Below, in pieces: positions 9,769-19,629 of a stretch of 24,000 nucleotides of DNA (within the stretch, counting starts at the first letter, position 1; every line of letters begins with the position of its first letter). Both the position numbers and the translations under genes were made by a program. The notes beneath the pieces were generated by a model. It had not been told where the DNA came from, made no database searches, and saw only the letters and a program-made list of their open reading frames with translations. This DNA is from Enterobacteriaceae bacterium G50 (GTDB taxonomy: Bacteria; Pseudomonadota; Gammaproteobacteria; Enterobacterales; Enterobacteriaceae): the NCBI GenBank assembly GCA_035726825.1, contig JALNTX010000007.1:142883-166882 (forward strand), read 5' to 3'.

Positions 9769-9954
9769 TGTAGCGATTTTGCCCTTTGCGATCCATATAT
9801 CGCGTTGAGGCATCCCGAGCCAGAAAAAATAAAAATCTATTTATCAATGCCATAGCCATTAACCTTCCACAACATTCTTTTTTCGCATTGCCTTTTCAAA
9901 CTACGACCAATAAAATCCGAGTCAATTAATCAGCGTTAACAGAGTGAATAAGCG

Positions 9955-11157
9955 ATGCGTAAACAAATTCTGATCGTAGGTGCCGGCTTTGCCGGGATGT
10001 GGGCAGCCCTGAGCGCGGCGCGTCTGGCAGACAAATACAACAGCCAGGCGATTGATATTACAGTAATTGCTCCGCAGCCAGAGCTGCGCGTGCGTCCACG
10101 TTTTTATGAAAGTCACGTTGAAACGCTGGTTTCCCCGCTGATGCCGCTGTTCGACGTCACCGGCGTGACATTCCTGCGCGGTACCGTATCGGATATTCAC
10201 ACCGACTCGCGGAGCGTGAGCTGGAAAGATGCCGATGGCGACATGCATCAGCACTCCTACGACCGTCTGGTTCTGGCGAGCGGCAGCCACGTAAACCGTT
10301 CATTTGTCTCAGGTGTCGCAGAGCATGCGTTCGATCTCGATCAACTGGAAAGCGCGGCCGTTTTAGAAAAACATCTGCAATCTCTGGCCTCTCAATCTGA
10401 AAGCGACGCGCGTAACACGGTCGTCGTCTGCGGCGGTGGGTTCACCGGTATTGAAATGGCGATGGAGTTACCAGGCCGTCTGCGCGACATTCTTGGCTCA
10501 AATGCTAAGACCAGAGTAGTCGTAGTTGAACGCGGCCCACAACCAGGCTCACGTTACAGTGAAGAAATGCGTAATGTGGTGATTGATGCTTCAAACGAGC
10601 TGGGCGTCGAATGGATAGTGAATGCCGAAGTCGAATCGGTGGATGCCGCAGGCGTCACGCTGAAAGACGGGCAGCGAATTGCCTCTTCAACCGTTATCTG
10701 GACCGTGGGTGTCCAGGCAAGCGACCTGACGGCACAAATTGATGCGCCGCGCGATCGCCAGGGGCGTCTGCATGTTGATGTGAACCTTCGGGTCGAAGGC
10801 CATGACGATATTTACGCCACCGGCGACGTGGCTTATGCAGCAACGGATGATAAAGGTAACCACGCGCTGATGACCTGCCAGCATGCGATTCTGCTGGGCA
10901 AATTCGCCGGGAATAACGCCGCCGCCAGCCTGCTGGGCGTCGAGCCGTCGCCGTATCGCCAGGAGATGTACGTCACCTGTCTGGACCTTGGTGCGTGGGG
11001 TGCGGTGTATACCGAAGGTTGGGATCAGCAGGTAAAACTGACGCGCGAAGAAGCGAAGAAGCTGAAGGTGTCGATCGTGAGCGAGCTGATTTACCCGCCG
11101 AAAGCGGAGAAAACAGCGGCGTTTGAGATGGCGGATCCGTACGCGCCGTTTGTGTAG
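9955..11157 (+). CDS. NDH-2-like FAD/NAD(P)H-dependent pyridine nucleotide-disulfide oxidoreductase family protein
   Basis: 400 aa. N-terminal ILIVGAGFAGMWAA (FAD GxGxxG), second VVVCGGGFTGIEMAMEL (NAD(P)H GxGxxG), and a C-terminal ATGDVA motif. No such gene is at this K-12 position. Confidence 0.8.
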   Translation: MRKQILIVGAGFAGMWAALSAARLADKYNSQAIDITVIAPQPELRVRPRFYESHVETLVSPLMPLFDVTGVTFLRGTVSDIHTDSRSVSWKDADGDMHQHSYDRLVLASGSHVNRSFVSGVAEHAFDLDQLESAAVLEKHLQSLASQSESDARNTVVVCGGGFTGIEMAMELPGRLRDILGSNAKTRVVVVERGPQPGSRYSEEMRNVVIDASNELGVEWIVNAEVESVDAAGVTLKDGQRIASSTVIWTVGVQASDLTAQIDAPRDRQGRLHVDVNLRVEGHDDIYATGDVAYAATDDKGNHALMTCQHAILLGKFAGNNAAASLLGVEPSPYRQEMYVTCLDLGAWGAVYTEGWDQQVKLTREEAKKLKVSIVSELIYPPKAEKTAAFEMADPYAPFV

Positions 11158-11270
11158 GGGCCCCTCACCCCGGCCCTCTCCCACAGGGAGAGGGAGAAAA
11201 CCGCACAACCTTAACCATTGGCACAATCGGTTCCCTCTCCCTGTGGGAGAGGGTTAGGGTGAGGGGGCCC
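11158..11270. repeat. Composite palindromic intergenic repeat (MITE/REP-like), copy A
   Basis: Two arms each hold the hairpin CCCTCTCCCacaGGGAGAGGG and are bounded by GGGGCCCCTCACC...GGTGAGGGGGCCC. It starts right after the TAG of the NDH-2-like gene. A second copy in the opposite orientation is at 22904-23011. Confidence 0.85.
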
Positions 11271-11284
11271 AGGCCGCACCGCCC

Positions 11285-12037
11285 TTACTCCGCCGTCCCC
11301 GCATAAATATCAAACCGATGACCTTTCGTGACCACCGCATTGGTCGTCGGCACATCCGCGAGCGGCGGCGCATAGTCTGGCCGCTTCACTACCACCCGTT
11401 TCGTCGCCAGCAGTCGTGCAGGCGCCAGCAATCCATCTGCATCTAAATCCGGCCCCACCAGCGACTGAAACACGCGCATCTCTTTCTTCACCAGCGCGCT
11501 TTTCTGCTTATGTGGGAACATCGGGTCAAGGTACACCACTTGCGGGCGCGGGGTGATATCCGCAAGCGTTGTCAGGCTGGAGGCGTGGATCAGCTGTAAC
11601 CGTTCCTGCAACCAGCCACCAATTTCCGCATCGGCATAGCCGCGCGCCAGGCCATCGTCGAGCAGCGCGGCAACCACCGGGTTACGCTCCAGCATTCGTA
11701 CATGGCAGCCGACCGAGGCCAGCACAAAGGCATCGCGCCCCAGCCCCGCTGTGGCGTCAACCACGTCCGGCAAATAGCTGCCCTTAATGCCGACGGCTTT
11801 CGCCACTGCTTCACCGCGACCGCCGCCAAATTTGCGGCGGTGCGCCATCGCCCCGCCGACAAAATCGACAAAGATGCCGCCAAGCTTTGGCTCATCACGT
11901 TTGCGCAGTTCAAGATGCTCCGGCGTTAACACCAGCGCCATCGGGTTATCTTCATCGTGCTCCAGCCCCCAGCGGGCGGCAAGAACAGATAAGGCGCCGT
12001 CTCCGGCGCCCGTTTCATCAAGTAAACAGATTTTCAC
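11285..12037 (-). CDS. rsmJ: 16S rRNA (guanine1516-N2)-methyltransferase RsmJ
   Basis: GTG start at 12037 gives (M)[35 protein letters not shown]..., 250 aa, matching remembered E. coli RsmJ. It begins 7 nt after the prlC stop. The track's 285-aa version extends into prlC. Confidence 0.9.
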   Translation of the reverse strand: MKICLLDETGAGDGALSVLAARWGLEHDEDNPMALVLTPEHLELRKRDEPKLGGIFVDFVGGAMAHRRKFGGGRGEAVAKAVGIKGSYLPDVVDATAGLGRDAFVLASVGCHVRMLERNPVVAALLDDGLARGYADAEIGGWLQERLQLIHASSLTTLADITPRPQVVYLDPMFPHKQKSALVKKEMRVFQSLVGPDLDADGLLAPARLLATKRVVVKRPDYAPPLADVPTTNAVVTKGHRFDIYAGTAE

Positions 12038-12044
12038 TGACTGA

Positions 12045-14087
12045 TTAGCCTTTGATCCCGTAGTGCTCCAGCATCGCATCGAGCTGCGGTTCGCGGCCAC
12101 GGAAGCGTTTGAACAGCGCCATTGGTTCTTCAGAACCGCCACGAGTCAGGATGTTATCGAGGAAAGACTGCCCGGTATCGCGGTTGAAAATCCCTTCTTC
12201 TTCGAAGCGAGAGAAGGCATCTGCCGCCAGCACATCGGCCCACAGATAGCTGTAGTAACCCGCCGCATAACCACCGGCAAAGATATGGCTGAAAGCGTGC
12301 GGGAAGCGGCCCCAGGACGGAGTCGGCACGACAGCGACCAGTTTCTTGATTTCCGCCAGGGTTTCGAGGATTTTCGCGCCCTGCTGCGGGTTAAATTCCG
12401 CATGCAGACGGAAATCGAACAGGCCGAACTCCAACTGACGCAGGATAAACAGCGCCGCCTGGTAGTTCTTCGCCGCCAGCATTTTATCCAGCAGTTCTTT
12501 CGGCAACGGTTCGCCGGTTTCGTAGTGGCCGGAGATAAACGCCAGCGCGTCCGGCTCCCAGCACCAGTTTTCCATAAACTGGCTCGGCAATTCGACCGCA
12601 TCCCACGGCACGCCGTTGATCCCGGAAACGCCCGCGGTTTCGATGCGGGTCAGCATGTGATGCAGGCCGTGACCGAATTCGTGGAACAGGGTGATCACTT
12701 CATCGTGCGTAAACAGCGCCGGTTTGCCGTTGACCGGACGGTTGAAGTTACAGGTCAGGTAGGCGACCGGTTTTTGCAGTGAGCCATCGAGCTTGCGCAT
12801 CTGGCCGACGCAGTCGTCCATCCACGCCCCGCCGCGTTTGTGTTCACGCGCGTACAGGTCAAGGTAGAAGCTCCCGCGCAGTTCGTTGTTTTCGTCATAC
12901 AGCTCGAAGAAGCGCACTTCCGGGCTCCAGACGTCAACATCTTTGCGCTCTTTGGCGGTAATGCCATAAATGCGTTTTACCACTTCAAACAGGCCGTTAA
13001 CGGCTTTGTTTTCCGGGAAGTACGGGCGCAGTTGCTCATCGCTGATGCTGTAAAGGTGCTGTTTCTGTTTTTCGCTGTAGTAGGCGATATCCCACGGTTG
13101 CAGCTCATCAACGCCGAATTCGGCTTTCGCGAAGGCACGCAGTTGCGCCAGCTCTTTTTCACCCTGCGGGCGCGCGCGTTTGGCGAGGTCGGTTAAGAAT
13201 TCCAGCACCTGCTGCGGGTTTTCCGCCATTTTGGTGGCGAGTGATTTAAAGGCGTAGCTTTCGAAGCCCAGCAGCTGTGCCAGCTCGTGACGCAGGGCGA
13301 GGATTTCCGCCATCACCGGGCTGTTATCCCATTTACCGGCATTCGGGCCTTGATCGGAGGCGCGGGTGCTATAAGCGCGGTACATCTCTTCGCGCAGCGC
13401 CTGATTGTCGCAATAGGTCATCACCGGCAGATAGCTTGGGATATCCAGCGTCAGCAGGTAGCCGTCCAGCTCTTTGGCTTCGGCCTGCGCTTTGGCGGCG
13501 GCCAGCGCGCTTTCCGGCATGCCGGAGAGTTCCGCTTCGTCGCTCACCTGTTTCGTCCAGCCCATGGTGGCATCGAGTACGTTGTTGCTATAGATGTTGC
13601 CCAGCTCAGACAGGCGCGTCGCAATTTCGCCGTAGCGCTGCTGTTTCTCTTTCGGTAGTCCGATACCGGACAATTCAAAATCACGCAGCGCGTTATCGAC
13701 CGCTTTTTTCTGCGCCGTAGAGAGCGTGGCGTAATTATCGCCGTCGCGCAGGTCGCGATACGCTTTATACAGCCCTTCATGCTGGCCGACCCAGGTGCTG
13801 TATTCCGACAGCAGCGGCAGCGTTTGCTCGTAGGCTTCGCGCAGTTCCGGGCTATTTTTCACCGAATTCAGGTGGCTGACCGGCGAGAAAATACGCCCCA
13901 GCACATCGTCCACTTCTGCCAGTGGCTGGCATAAATTTTCCCAGGAGTACGGCGCGCCCTGTGCTACCACGCGTTCCACATTTTCACGGCAGTCGTTCAG
14001 CGCTTTGGTGACGGCGGGAACAACATGCTCAGGCTTGATTGCGGAAAACGGCGGCAGTTCGAAGGGAGTCAGTAATGGATTCGTCAT
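12045..14087 (-). CDS. prlC: Oligopeptidase A (M3 zinc metallopeptidase)
   Basis: Start at 14087 gives [26 protein letters not shown]..., 680 aa. HEFGHGLHH is the HExxH zinc site. The track's 719-aa version extends through the upstream REP pair. Confidence 0.95.
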   Translation of the reverse strand: MTNPLLTPFELPPFSAIKPEHVVPAVTKALNDCRENVERVVAQGAPYSWENLCQPLAEVDDVLGRIFSPVSHLNSVKNSPELREAYEQTLPLLSEYSTWVGQHEGLYKAYRDLRDGDNYATLSTAQKKAVDNALRDFELSGIGLPKEKQQRYGEIATRLSELGNIYSNNVLDATMGWTKQVSDEAELSGMPESALAAAKAQAEAKELDGYLLTLDIPSYLPVMTYCDNQALREEMYRAYSTRASDQGPNAGKWDNSPVMAEILALRHELAQLLGFESYAFKSLATKMAENPQQVLEFLTDLAKRARPQGEKELAQLRAFAKAEFGVDELQPWDIAYYSEKQKQHLYSISDEQLRPYFPENKAVNGLFEVVKRIYGITAKERKDVDVWSPEVRFFELYDENNELRGSFYLDLYAREHKRGGAWMDDCVGQMRKLDGSLQKPVAYLTCNFNRPVNGKPALFTHDEVITLFHEFGHGLHHMLTRIETAGVSGINGVPWDAVELPSQFMENWCWEPDALAFISGHYETGEPLPKELLDKMLAAKNYQAALFILRQLEFGLFDFRLHAEFNPQQGAKILETLAEIKKLVAVVPTPSWGRFPHAFSHIFAGGYAAGYYSYLWADVLAADAFSRFEEEGIFNRDTGQSFLDNILTRGGSEEPMALFKRFRGREPQLDAMLEHYGIKG

Positions 14088-14136
14088 ATGCACAGTCCTG
14101 GTTAAAAAGGGGAAACAAACGCGTATGCGCGTTGTT

Positions 14137-14209
14137 GTCGGGTGGCGGCTACGCCTTACCTGACCTACGTCTGTAGATCGGGTAAGACGCATTAGCGTCG
14201 CCATCCGCC
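14137..14209. repeat. Inverted REP pair (BIME-like) in the prlC leader region
   Basis: GTCGGGTGGCGGCTACGCCTTACCTGACCTACG and CTGTAGATCGGGTAAGACGCATTAGCGTCGCCATCCGCC are imperfect inverted copies of a REP-type unit. Confidence 0.6.
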
Positions 14210-14221
14210 ATGTAATGTATG

Positions 14222-14251
14222 TAGCATGGGGTTAAGTGTAGTGAATTTCAA
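14222..14251 (-). promoter_or_regulatory. Sigma32 (heat-shock) promoter of prlC
   Basis: The minus strand reads aTTGAAA-ttcactacacttaa-CCCCATgcta. TTGAAA is at 14250-14245, the spacer is 14 nt, and CCCCAT is at 14230-14225. The consensus is CTTGAAA-N13-15-CCCCATnT. prlC is a known RpoH regulon member in E. coli. Confidence 0.7.
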
Positions 14252-14363
14252 TGATAAGCGTTGCGCTTTCGCGGCGGAGACGACTTTTCGGTATACTGTG
14301 CGGATAGGCTTTTTTGTTGCCCGGTAACGGGCCCATGTTTTACTTAGCGGAACCCCTTTACCC

Positions 14364-15206
14364 ATGCTCAGTTATCGCCACAGCTTTCACGCTGGCAACC
14401 ACGCCGACGTCCTTAAACACACCGTTCAGAGCCTGATCATCGAATCACTCAAAGAGAAAGAGAAACCGTTTCTCTATCTGGACACCCATGCGGGCGCGGG
14501 CCGTTACCAGTTAAGCAGCGAGCATGCCGAACGTACCGGTGAATATCTGGAAGGTATTGCCCGCATCTGGCAACAGGACGATCTGCCTGCCGAACTGGAG
14601 CCATACATTGGCGTTGTGGAGCACTTTAACCGCAGCGGCCAGCTGCGCTACTACCCAGGCTCACCGCTGATTGCGCGACAGCAGCTGCGTGAGCAAGACA
14701 GCCTGATGATGACCGAACTGCACCCGAGCGATTTCCCGCTACTGCGTTCCGAATTCCAGAAAGACGATCGTGCGCGTGTGGAAAAAGCCGATGGTTATCA
14801 GCAACTCAAATCCAAGCTGCCGCCGGTTTCCCGTCGTGGCCTGATCCTCATCGACCCGCCGTATGAAATCAAAACCGATTATCAGGCGGTGGTTACGGGC
14901 ATTCACGAAGGTTATAAGCGCTTTGCGACAGGTACCTATGCGTTGTGGTATCCGGTCGTCCTGCGTGCGCAAATCAAACGCATGATTAAAGACCTGGAAG
15001 CCACCGGCATCCGCAAAATCCTGCAAATCGAGCTGGCGGTGCGCCCGGACAGCGATCAGCGCGGCATGACCGCGTCCGGCATGATTGTGATTAACCCGCC
15101 GTGGAAGCTGGAACAGCAGATGAACAGCGTGCTGCCGTGGCTGCACAGCAAGCTGGTGCCGAACGGTATCGGCCACACCACAGTAAGCTGGATCGTGCCG
15201 GAGTAA
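14364..15206 (+). CDS. rlmJ: 23S rRNA (adenine2030-N6)-methyltransferase RlmJ
   Basis: 280 aa. [21 protein letters not shown]... and the DPPY motif (LILIDPPYE). Matches remembered YhiR/RlmJ and its K-12 position. Confidence 0.9.
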   Translation: MLSYRHSFHAGNHADVLKHTVQSLIIESLKEKEKPFLYLDTHAGAGRYQLSSEHAERTGEYLEGIARIWQQDDLPAELEPYIGVVEHFNRSGQLRYYPGSPLIARQQLREQDSLMMTELHPSDFPLLRSEFQKDDRARVEKADGYQQLKSKLPPVSRRGLILIDPPYEIKTDYQAVVTGIHEGYKRFATGTYALWYPVVLRAQIKRMIKDLEATGIRKILQIELAVRPDSDQRGMTASGMIVINPPWKLEQQMNSVLPWLHSKLVPNGIGHTTVSWIVPE

Positions 15207-15307
15207 TTGCAGACATAGCCAGAACCTATCAGTTCCAGGTATACAATCGCGGATCTTTGGCGACGGGCGTAGCGCCCTCGCCTGACAATGAACAGGAAGG
15301 AGCGGTC

Positions 15308-16660
15308 ATGACCAAACATTACGACTATATCGCTATTGGCGGCGGCAGCGGCGGCATCGCCTCAATTAACCGTGCGGCGATGTACGGCCAGAAGTGCGCG
15401 CTGATTGAAGCCAAAGAGCTGGGCGGCACCTGCGTGAACGTCGGTTGCGTGCCGAAAAAAGTGATGTGGCATGCCGCGCAAATCCGCGAAGCCATCCACA
15501 TGTATGGCCCGGACTACGGGTTTGATACCACCATCAATAACTTCGACTGGGACAAACTGATTGCCAGCCGTACCGCCTATATTGACCGTATTCATACGTC
15601 GTATGACAACGGTCTGGCGAAAAATAAAGTCGACGTGATTAAAGGCTTTGCCCGCTTTGTTGATGCGAAAACCGTGGAAGTGAACGGGGAAACAATCACT
15701 GCCGATCATATCCTGATCGCCACCGGTGGTCGCCCAAGCCATCCGGATATTCCGGGCGTGGAATACGGTATCGACTCCGACGGTTTCTTCGCGTTGCCGG
15801 CATTGCCAAAACGCGTTGCCGTTGTCGGCGCGGGCTACATTGCCGTGGAACTGGCGGGCGTGATTAACGGACTGGGGGCGGAAACGCACCTGTTTGTGCG
15901 TAAACACGCGCCGCTGCGCACCTTCGACCCGCTGATTACCGAGACGCTGGTTGAAGTCATGAACGCGGAAGGCCCAACGCTGCATACCCAGGCGCTCCCA
16001 AAAGCGGTCGTGAAAAACGCCGACGGCAGCCTGACCATTGAACTGGAAGATGGCCGCAGCCAGACCGTAGATTGCCTGATTTGGGCGATTGGCCGTGAAC
16101 CGGCGAATGACAACTTCAACCTGGCCGCAACGGGTGTGAAAACCGACGATAAAGGCTACATCGTTGTCGATAAATTCCAGAATACCAACGTTCCGGGAAT
16201 TTACGCGGTGGGCGATAACACCGGTGCCGTTGAGCTGACACCGGTTGCCGTGGCCGCAGGTCGTCGTCTCTCAGAACGCCTGTTTAACAACAAGCCGGAT
16301 GAGCACCTGGATTACAGCAATATCCCGACCGTGGTCTTCAGCCACCCGCCCATCGGTACCGTCGGTTTAACCGAACCGCAGGCGCGTGAGCAGTATGGTG
16401 ACGACGCCGTGAAGGTCTATAAATCCTCCTTCACCGCCATGTATACCGCCGTTACCACACACCGCCAGCCATGCCGTATGAAGCTGGTTTGCGTTGGTCC
16501 GGAAGAGAAAATTGTCGGTATTCACGGCATCGGTTTTGGTATGGATGAAATGCTGCAAGGCTTCGCCGTGGCGCTGAAAATGGGCGCAACCAAAAAAGAT
16601 TTCGATAATACCGTGGCAATTCACCCGACAGCGGCGGAAGAGTTTGTTACTATGCGTTAA
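15308..16660 (+). CDS. gor: Glutathione-disulfide reductase
   Basis: ATG at 15308 after SD AGGAAGGAG gives [51 protein letters not shown] with the redox-active CVNVGC, 450 aa. The track's 15101 start is an extension overlapping the rlmJ 3' end. Confidence 0.95.
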   Translation: MTKHYDYIAIGGGSGGIASINRAAMYGQKCALIEAKELGGTCVNVGCVPKKVMWHAAQIREAIHMYGPDYGFDTTINNFDWDKLIASRTAYIDRIHTSYDNGLAKNKVDVIKGFARFVDAKTVEVNGETITADHILIATGGRPSHPDIPGVEYGIDSDGFFALPALPKRVAVVGAGYIAVELAGVINGLGAETHLFVRKHAPLRTFDPLITETLVEVMNAEGPTLHTQALPKAVVKNADGSLTIELEDGRSQTVDCLIWAIGREPANDNFNLAATGVKTDDKGYIVVDKFQNTNVPGIYAVGDNTGAVELTPVAVAAGRRLSERLFNNKPDEHLDYSNIPTVVFSHPPIGTVGLTEPQAREQYGDDAVKVYKSSFTAMYTAVTTHRQPCRMKLVCVGPEEKIVGIHGIGFGMDEMLQGFAVALKMGATKKDFDNTVAIHPTAAEEFVTMR

Positions 16661-16664
16661 ATAA

Positions 16665-16696
16665 ATATCCCCTGCATGGCAACATGTGGGGGATAT
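16665..16696 (+). terminator. Stable stem-loop after gor, terminator-like but with no U-run
   Basis: ATATCCCCTGCATG-gcaa-CATGTGGGGGATAT. This is a 14-bp stem with 2 G-U pairs and a GNRA-type loop. The track's ATG at 16676 lies inside the 5' arm of the stem. Confidence 0.4.
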
Positions 16697-16726
16697 CTGA
16701 CTCTCCCGTTAATTCTCTGTGGGTTT

Positions 16727-17557
16727 ATGAAGAATAAAAAATCTAAAATATTTGCAGGCTTTATTATTATTCTTGTTTGTATTTTCTCTTTCTATTATTA
16801 CATCACAAATTATCCACAAATAGATAACTTCCACGTCACAATCGACGCCAAACAGATCTCGGATTTAGAGGGTGGATTATCCGGTCTGACCTGGAATAAA
16901 GACACACAAACGCTGTTCGCCGTCACCGATGCGCCCTCTTTAATTCTGGAACTCAGCACGGATGGAAAGGTGCTGCGCCGTATCAATACCGATAAACCCG
17001 CTGACCTCGAAGCTATCGAATATATTGGCCATAATCGTTTTTATCTTTCCAAAGAAAAGAGCGGGACGCTGGCGATAGTCACAATCAATGCCGACACGCG
17101 ACATGTGGATATCAGCAACGCGGAAACCTATCGCCCCGCCATTCAGGCCGAAAAACAGAATAGCGGCGTGGAGGGATTAGCCTGGAAACCTGAACTGTCT
17201 CGCATGGTCACAGCCCAGGAGAAAAAACCCGTCCGGATTTTTAATATCCTCGATAACGAAGGGGTATTCAAAACGGATAAAAGTCCGCTCAATGAATTAA
17301 TGCTCTCCTGGTATGTGCGCGATATCTCCGGAATGGATTTTGATGGCTCGACGTCTAACCTCTATATTCTCTCCGACATTTCGCAAAAAGTCGTGCTGGT
17401 CGACCGCGAACATAACCTGAAATTTATGTCGCTGACGGCCGGGCATTATGGCCTTTCCCGTGATATTCCGCAGCCGGAAGGGATCGCCACCGACGGCACG
17501 GGCAATCTTTACATCGTCAGCGAACCGAATCTGTTTTATAAATTCAGCCCGCGTTAA
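16727..17557 (+). CDS. Membrane-anchored YjiK/'SdiA-regulated'-domain protein (predicted beta-propeller)
   Basis: The preferred start MKNKKSKIFAGFIIILVCIFSFYYYI is a basic N-terminus followed by a signal-anchor. The body has family-like motifs (LSGLTWNKDTQTLFAVTD, DLEAIEYIG, VEGLAWKP, PEGIATDGTGNLYIVSEPN). The 5' end is AT-rich. Confidence 0.65.
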   Translation: MKNKKSKIFAGFIIILVCIFSFYYYITNYPQIDNFHVTIDAKQISDLEGGLSGLTWNKDTQTLFAVTDAPSLILELSTDGKVLRRINTDKPADLEAIEYIGHNRFYLSKEKSGTLAIVTINADTRHVDISNAETYRPAIQAEKQNSGVEGLAWKPELSRMVTAQEKKPVRIFNILDNEGVFKTDKSPLNELMLSWYVRDISGMDFDGSTSNLYILSDISQKVVLVDREHNLKFMSLTAGHYGLSRDIPQPEGIATDGTGNLYIVSEPNLFYKFSPR

Positions 17558-17582
17558 AACCCGTTACAATCGATTGTTCTGA

Positions 17583-17622
17583 AAATCCCGGCGACGGTGA
17601 AAACCGGGATTCCCATTTTTTA
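17583..17622 (+). terminator. Intrinsic terminator of the YjiK-like gene
   Basis: AAATCCCGG-N12-CCGGGATT followed by CCCATTTTTTATT. Confidence 0.6.
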
Positions 17623-17784
17623 TTATTTTTCATAAACCTGAAAAAATCTCATCTTGTCACCCTGCCAGAAAGTGTGATCTTCCGCACGCTTTGCTCACCC
17701 GTAACCGAAGCGAATGTCTACGCTTTATAAGTGGCCGGATAAAACCGGGATGTAAAACGACGCTCACCGGAGGTGACCTGCGCT

Positions 17785-19434
17785 ATGTTCAACCAGAAAA
17801 TACGTAACGAAGAGTCCGAAGCCTTAGCTATTGACGTCGAGCTGTGCTACGAAGCGGATCCGTACGAATTAAAACTGGATGAAATGCTCGATGCCGAACC
17901 GGAGCCGGAAGTCATCGAGGGGCTGCCCGCCTCCGATGCCTTAACGCCAGCCGATCGTTATCTGGAGCTGTTTGAAAACGTTCAGCGCGCGCGCATTTTC
18001 AGCGATAGCAAAACGTTTCCGGACTGCGCGCCGAAGAAAGATCCGCTGGATATTCTCATCCACTATCGTCGTATCAAGCGTAAACCAGGCTTCGACCTGC
18101 GCCGCTTTGTGGAAGAGAACTTCTGGCCGCCGGAACTGCGCGACAGCGAGTACGTTTCAGACCCGGATAAATCCCTGAAAGAGCACATCGACACGCTCTG
18201 GCCGGTGTTGACTCGCGAGCCGCAGGATCATATTCCCGGTTCGTCACTGCTGGCGCTGCCGCAGTCGTATATCGTGCCCGGCGGGCGCTTTAGTGAGACC
18301 TACTACTGGGACTCATACTTCACCATGCTGGGGCTGGCGGAGAGCGGTCGTGAAGACCTGCTGAAATGCATGGCCGATAACTTTGCGTGGATGATTGAGC
18401 GCTACGGACATATTCCGAACGGTAACCGCACCTATTATCTCAGCCGCTCGCAGCCGCCGGTGTTTGCGCTGATGGTAGAGCTGTTTGAAGAGGATGGCGT
18501 GCGCGGCGCGAAACGCTATCTCGACCATTTGAAGATGGAGTACAGCTTCTGGATGGACGGTGCGGATTCGCTCATTCCGAATCAGGCTTATCGCCACGTG
18601 GTGCGCATGCCGGACGGCTCGCTGCTCAACCGCTACTGGGACGACCGCGACACGCCGCGCGATGAGTCGTGGATTGAGGATGTCGAAACGGCGCAGCACT
18701 CAGGCCGTCCGCCCAATGAAGTGTATCGCGATCTACGCGCCGGAGCGGCATCCGGTTGGGATTACTCCTCTCGCTGGCTGCGCGATACGTCTCGCCTGGC
18801 GAGTATTCGCACTACCCAGTTTATACCCATCGATTTGAACGCCTTTCTGTTCAAACTGGAAAACACCATCGCCAATCTTTCCGGTTTGAAGGGCGAAAAA
18901 GAAACCCAGGCGCTGTTTAAGCAGAAGGCCAGCGCACGCCGCTCGGCGGTAACGCGTTATCTGTGGGATGAAGAGAATGGCTTGTTCCGTGACTACGACT
19001 GGCGTCGCGAACAACAGGCGCTGTTCTCAGCCGCCAGCGTTGTGCCACTGTATGTCGGGATGGCGACACATGAGCAGGCAGACCGGCTGGCGCTGGCGGT
19101 ACGCGCCCGGCTGCTCACGCCGCGCGGTATTCTGGCAACAGAGTATGAAAGCGGCGAACAGTGGGATTACCCGAACGGCTGGGCCCCGCTACAGTGGATG
19201 GCGATTCAGGGATTTAAGCTTTATGGCCATGATGTGCTGGGCAACGAAATCGCCCATAACTGGCTGGAGACGGTGAATCATTTCTATCGTGACCACCATA
19301 AGCTTATCGAGAAATATTACATCGCCGACGGCACGCCACGCGAAGGGGGCGGCGGGGAGTATCCGTTACAGGATGGTTTCGGCTGGACCAACGGCGTGGT
19401 ACGCCGTCTGATTGGTTTGTACGGCGAGCCTTAA
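17785..19434 (+). CDS. treF: Cytoplasmic trehalase (GH37)
   Basis: The start at 17785 gives [34 protein letters not shown]..., 549 aa, closely matching remembered E. coli TreF ([38 protein letters not shown]). GGAGG lies 11 nt upstream. Confidence 0.95.
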   Translation: MFNQKIRNEESEALAIDVELCYEADPYELKLDEMLDAEPEPEVIEGLPASDALTPADRYLELFENVQRARIFSDSKTFPDCAPKKDPLDILIHYRRIKRKPGFDLRRFVEENFWPPELRDSEYVSDPDKSLKEHIDTLWPVLTREPQDHIPGSSLLALPQSYIVPGGRFSETYYWDSYFTMLGLAESGREDLLKCMADNFAWMIERYGHIPNGNRTYYLSRSQPPVFALMVELFEEDGVRGAKRYLDHLKMEYSFWMDGADSLIPNQAYRHVVRMPDGSLLNRYWDDRDTPRDESWIEDVETAQHSGRPPNEVYRDLRAGAASGWDYSSRWLRDTSRLASIRTTQFIPIDLNAFLFKLENTIANLSGLKGEKETQALFKQKASARRSAVTRYLWDEENGLFRDYDWRREQQALFSAASVVPLYVGMATHEQADRLALAVRARLLTPRGILATEYESGEQWDYPNGWAPLQWMAIQGFKLYGHDVLGNEIAHNWLETVNHFYRDHHKLIEKYYIADGTPREGGGGEYPLQDGFGWTNGVVRRLIGLYGEP

Positions 19435-19449
19435 CACACCTTATAAACC

Positions 19450-19615
19450 CGTAGGCCTGATAAGCGAAGCGCATCAGGCAGTTACACCGCACATGCCGGG
19501 GGCGCTACGCTTGCCCGGCCTACAAGTTTCAGAAACACCGTAGGCCTGATAAGCGAAGCGCCATCAGGCATTTTCATCGCCCTCGCCGGGGGCACTGCGC
19601 TTGCCCGGCCTACAA
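19450..19615. repeat. BIME array: two tandem ~77-bp units, each with two REPs, at 89-bp period
   Basis: Unit 1 (19450-19525) and unit 2 (19539-19615) both read CGTAGGCCTGATAAGCGAAGCGC(C)ATCAGGCA...GCCGGGGGC.CT.CGCTTGCCCGGCCTACAA. They lie between convergent treF and the 526-aa gene. Confidence 0.85.
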
Positions 19616-19629
19616 TGGCTCAAAAACCG

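Noticed and set aside
10687-11226. 179-aa minus ORF, and the 163-aa plus ORF at 22895-23386, both containing ...FLPLPVGEGRGEG...
   Set aside because: Both are antisense to well-supported genes (the NDH-2-like gene and the SDR). The shared peptide is only the translation of the palindromic repeat element.
12038-12142. N-terminal extension of rsmJ (285-aa version)
   Set aside because: It would overlap the prlC 3' end by ~100 nt. The GTG at 12037 reproduces the known MKICL... N-terminus and a 250-aa length.
14088-14204. N-terminal extension of prlC (719-aa version)
   Set aside because: The extension reads through the REP pair. The known OpdA N-terminus [14 protein letters not shown] starts at 14087.
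15101-15307. N-terminal extension of gor (519-aa version)
   Set aside because: It overlaps the rlmJ 3' end. The canonical [16 protein letters not shown] start at 15308 has a strong SD and gives the expected 450 aa.
15207-15307. Attempted sigma70 promoter call for gor (TACAAT near 15240)
   Set aside because: I found no acceptable -35 at 16-18 nt spacing, so it is not reported as a feature.
19450-19615. Tandem repeat that could be mistaken for a tiny CRISPR array
   Set aside because: There are only two units. Each is an imperfect-palindrome REP pair of the classic GCCTGATAAGCG..ATCAGGC and GCCGG..CCCGGCCTAC types. No cas genes are present. This is a BIME.
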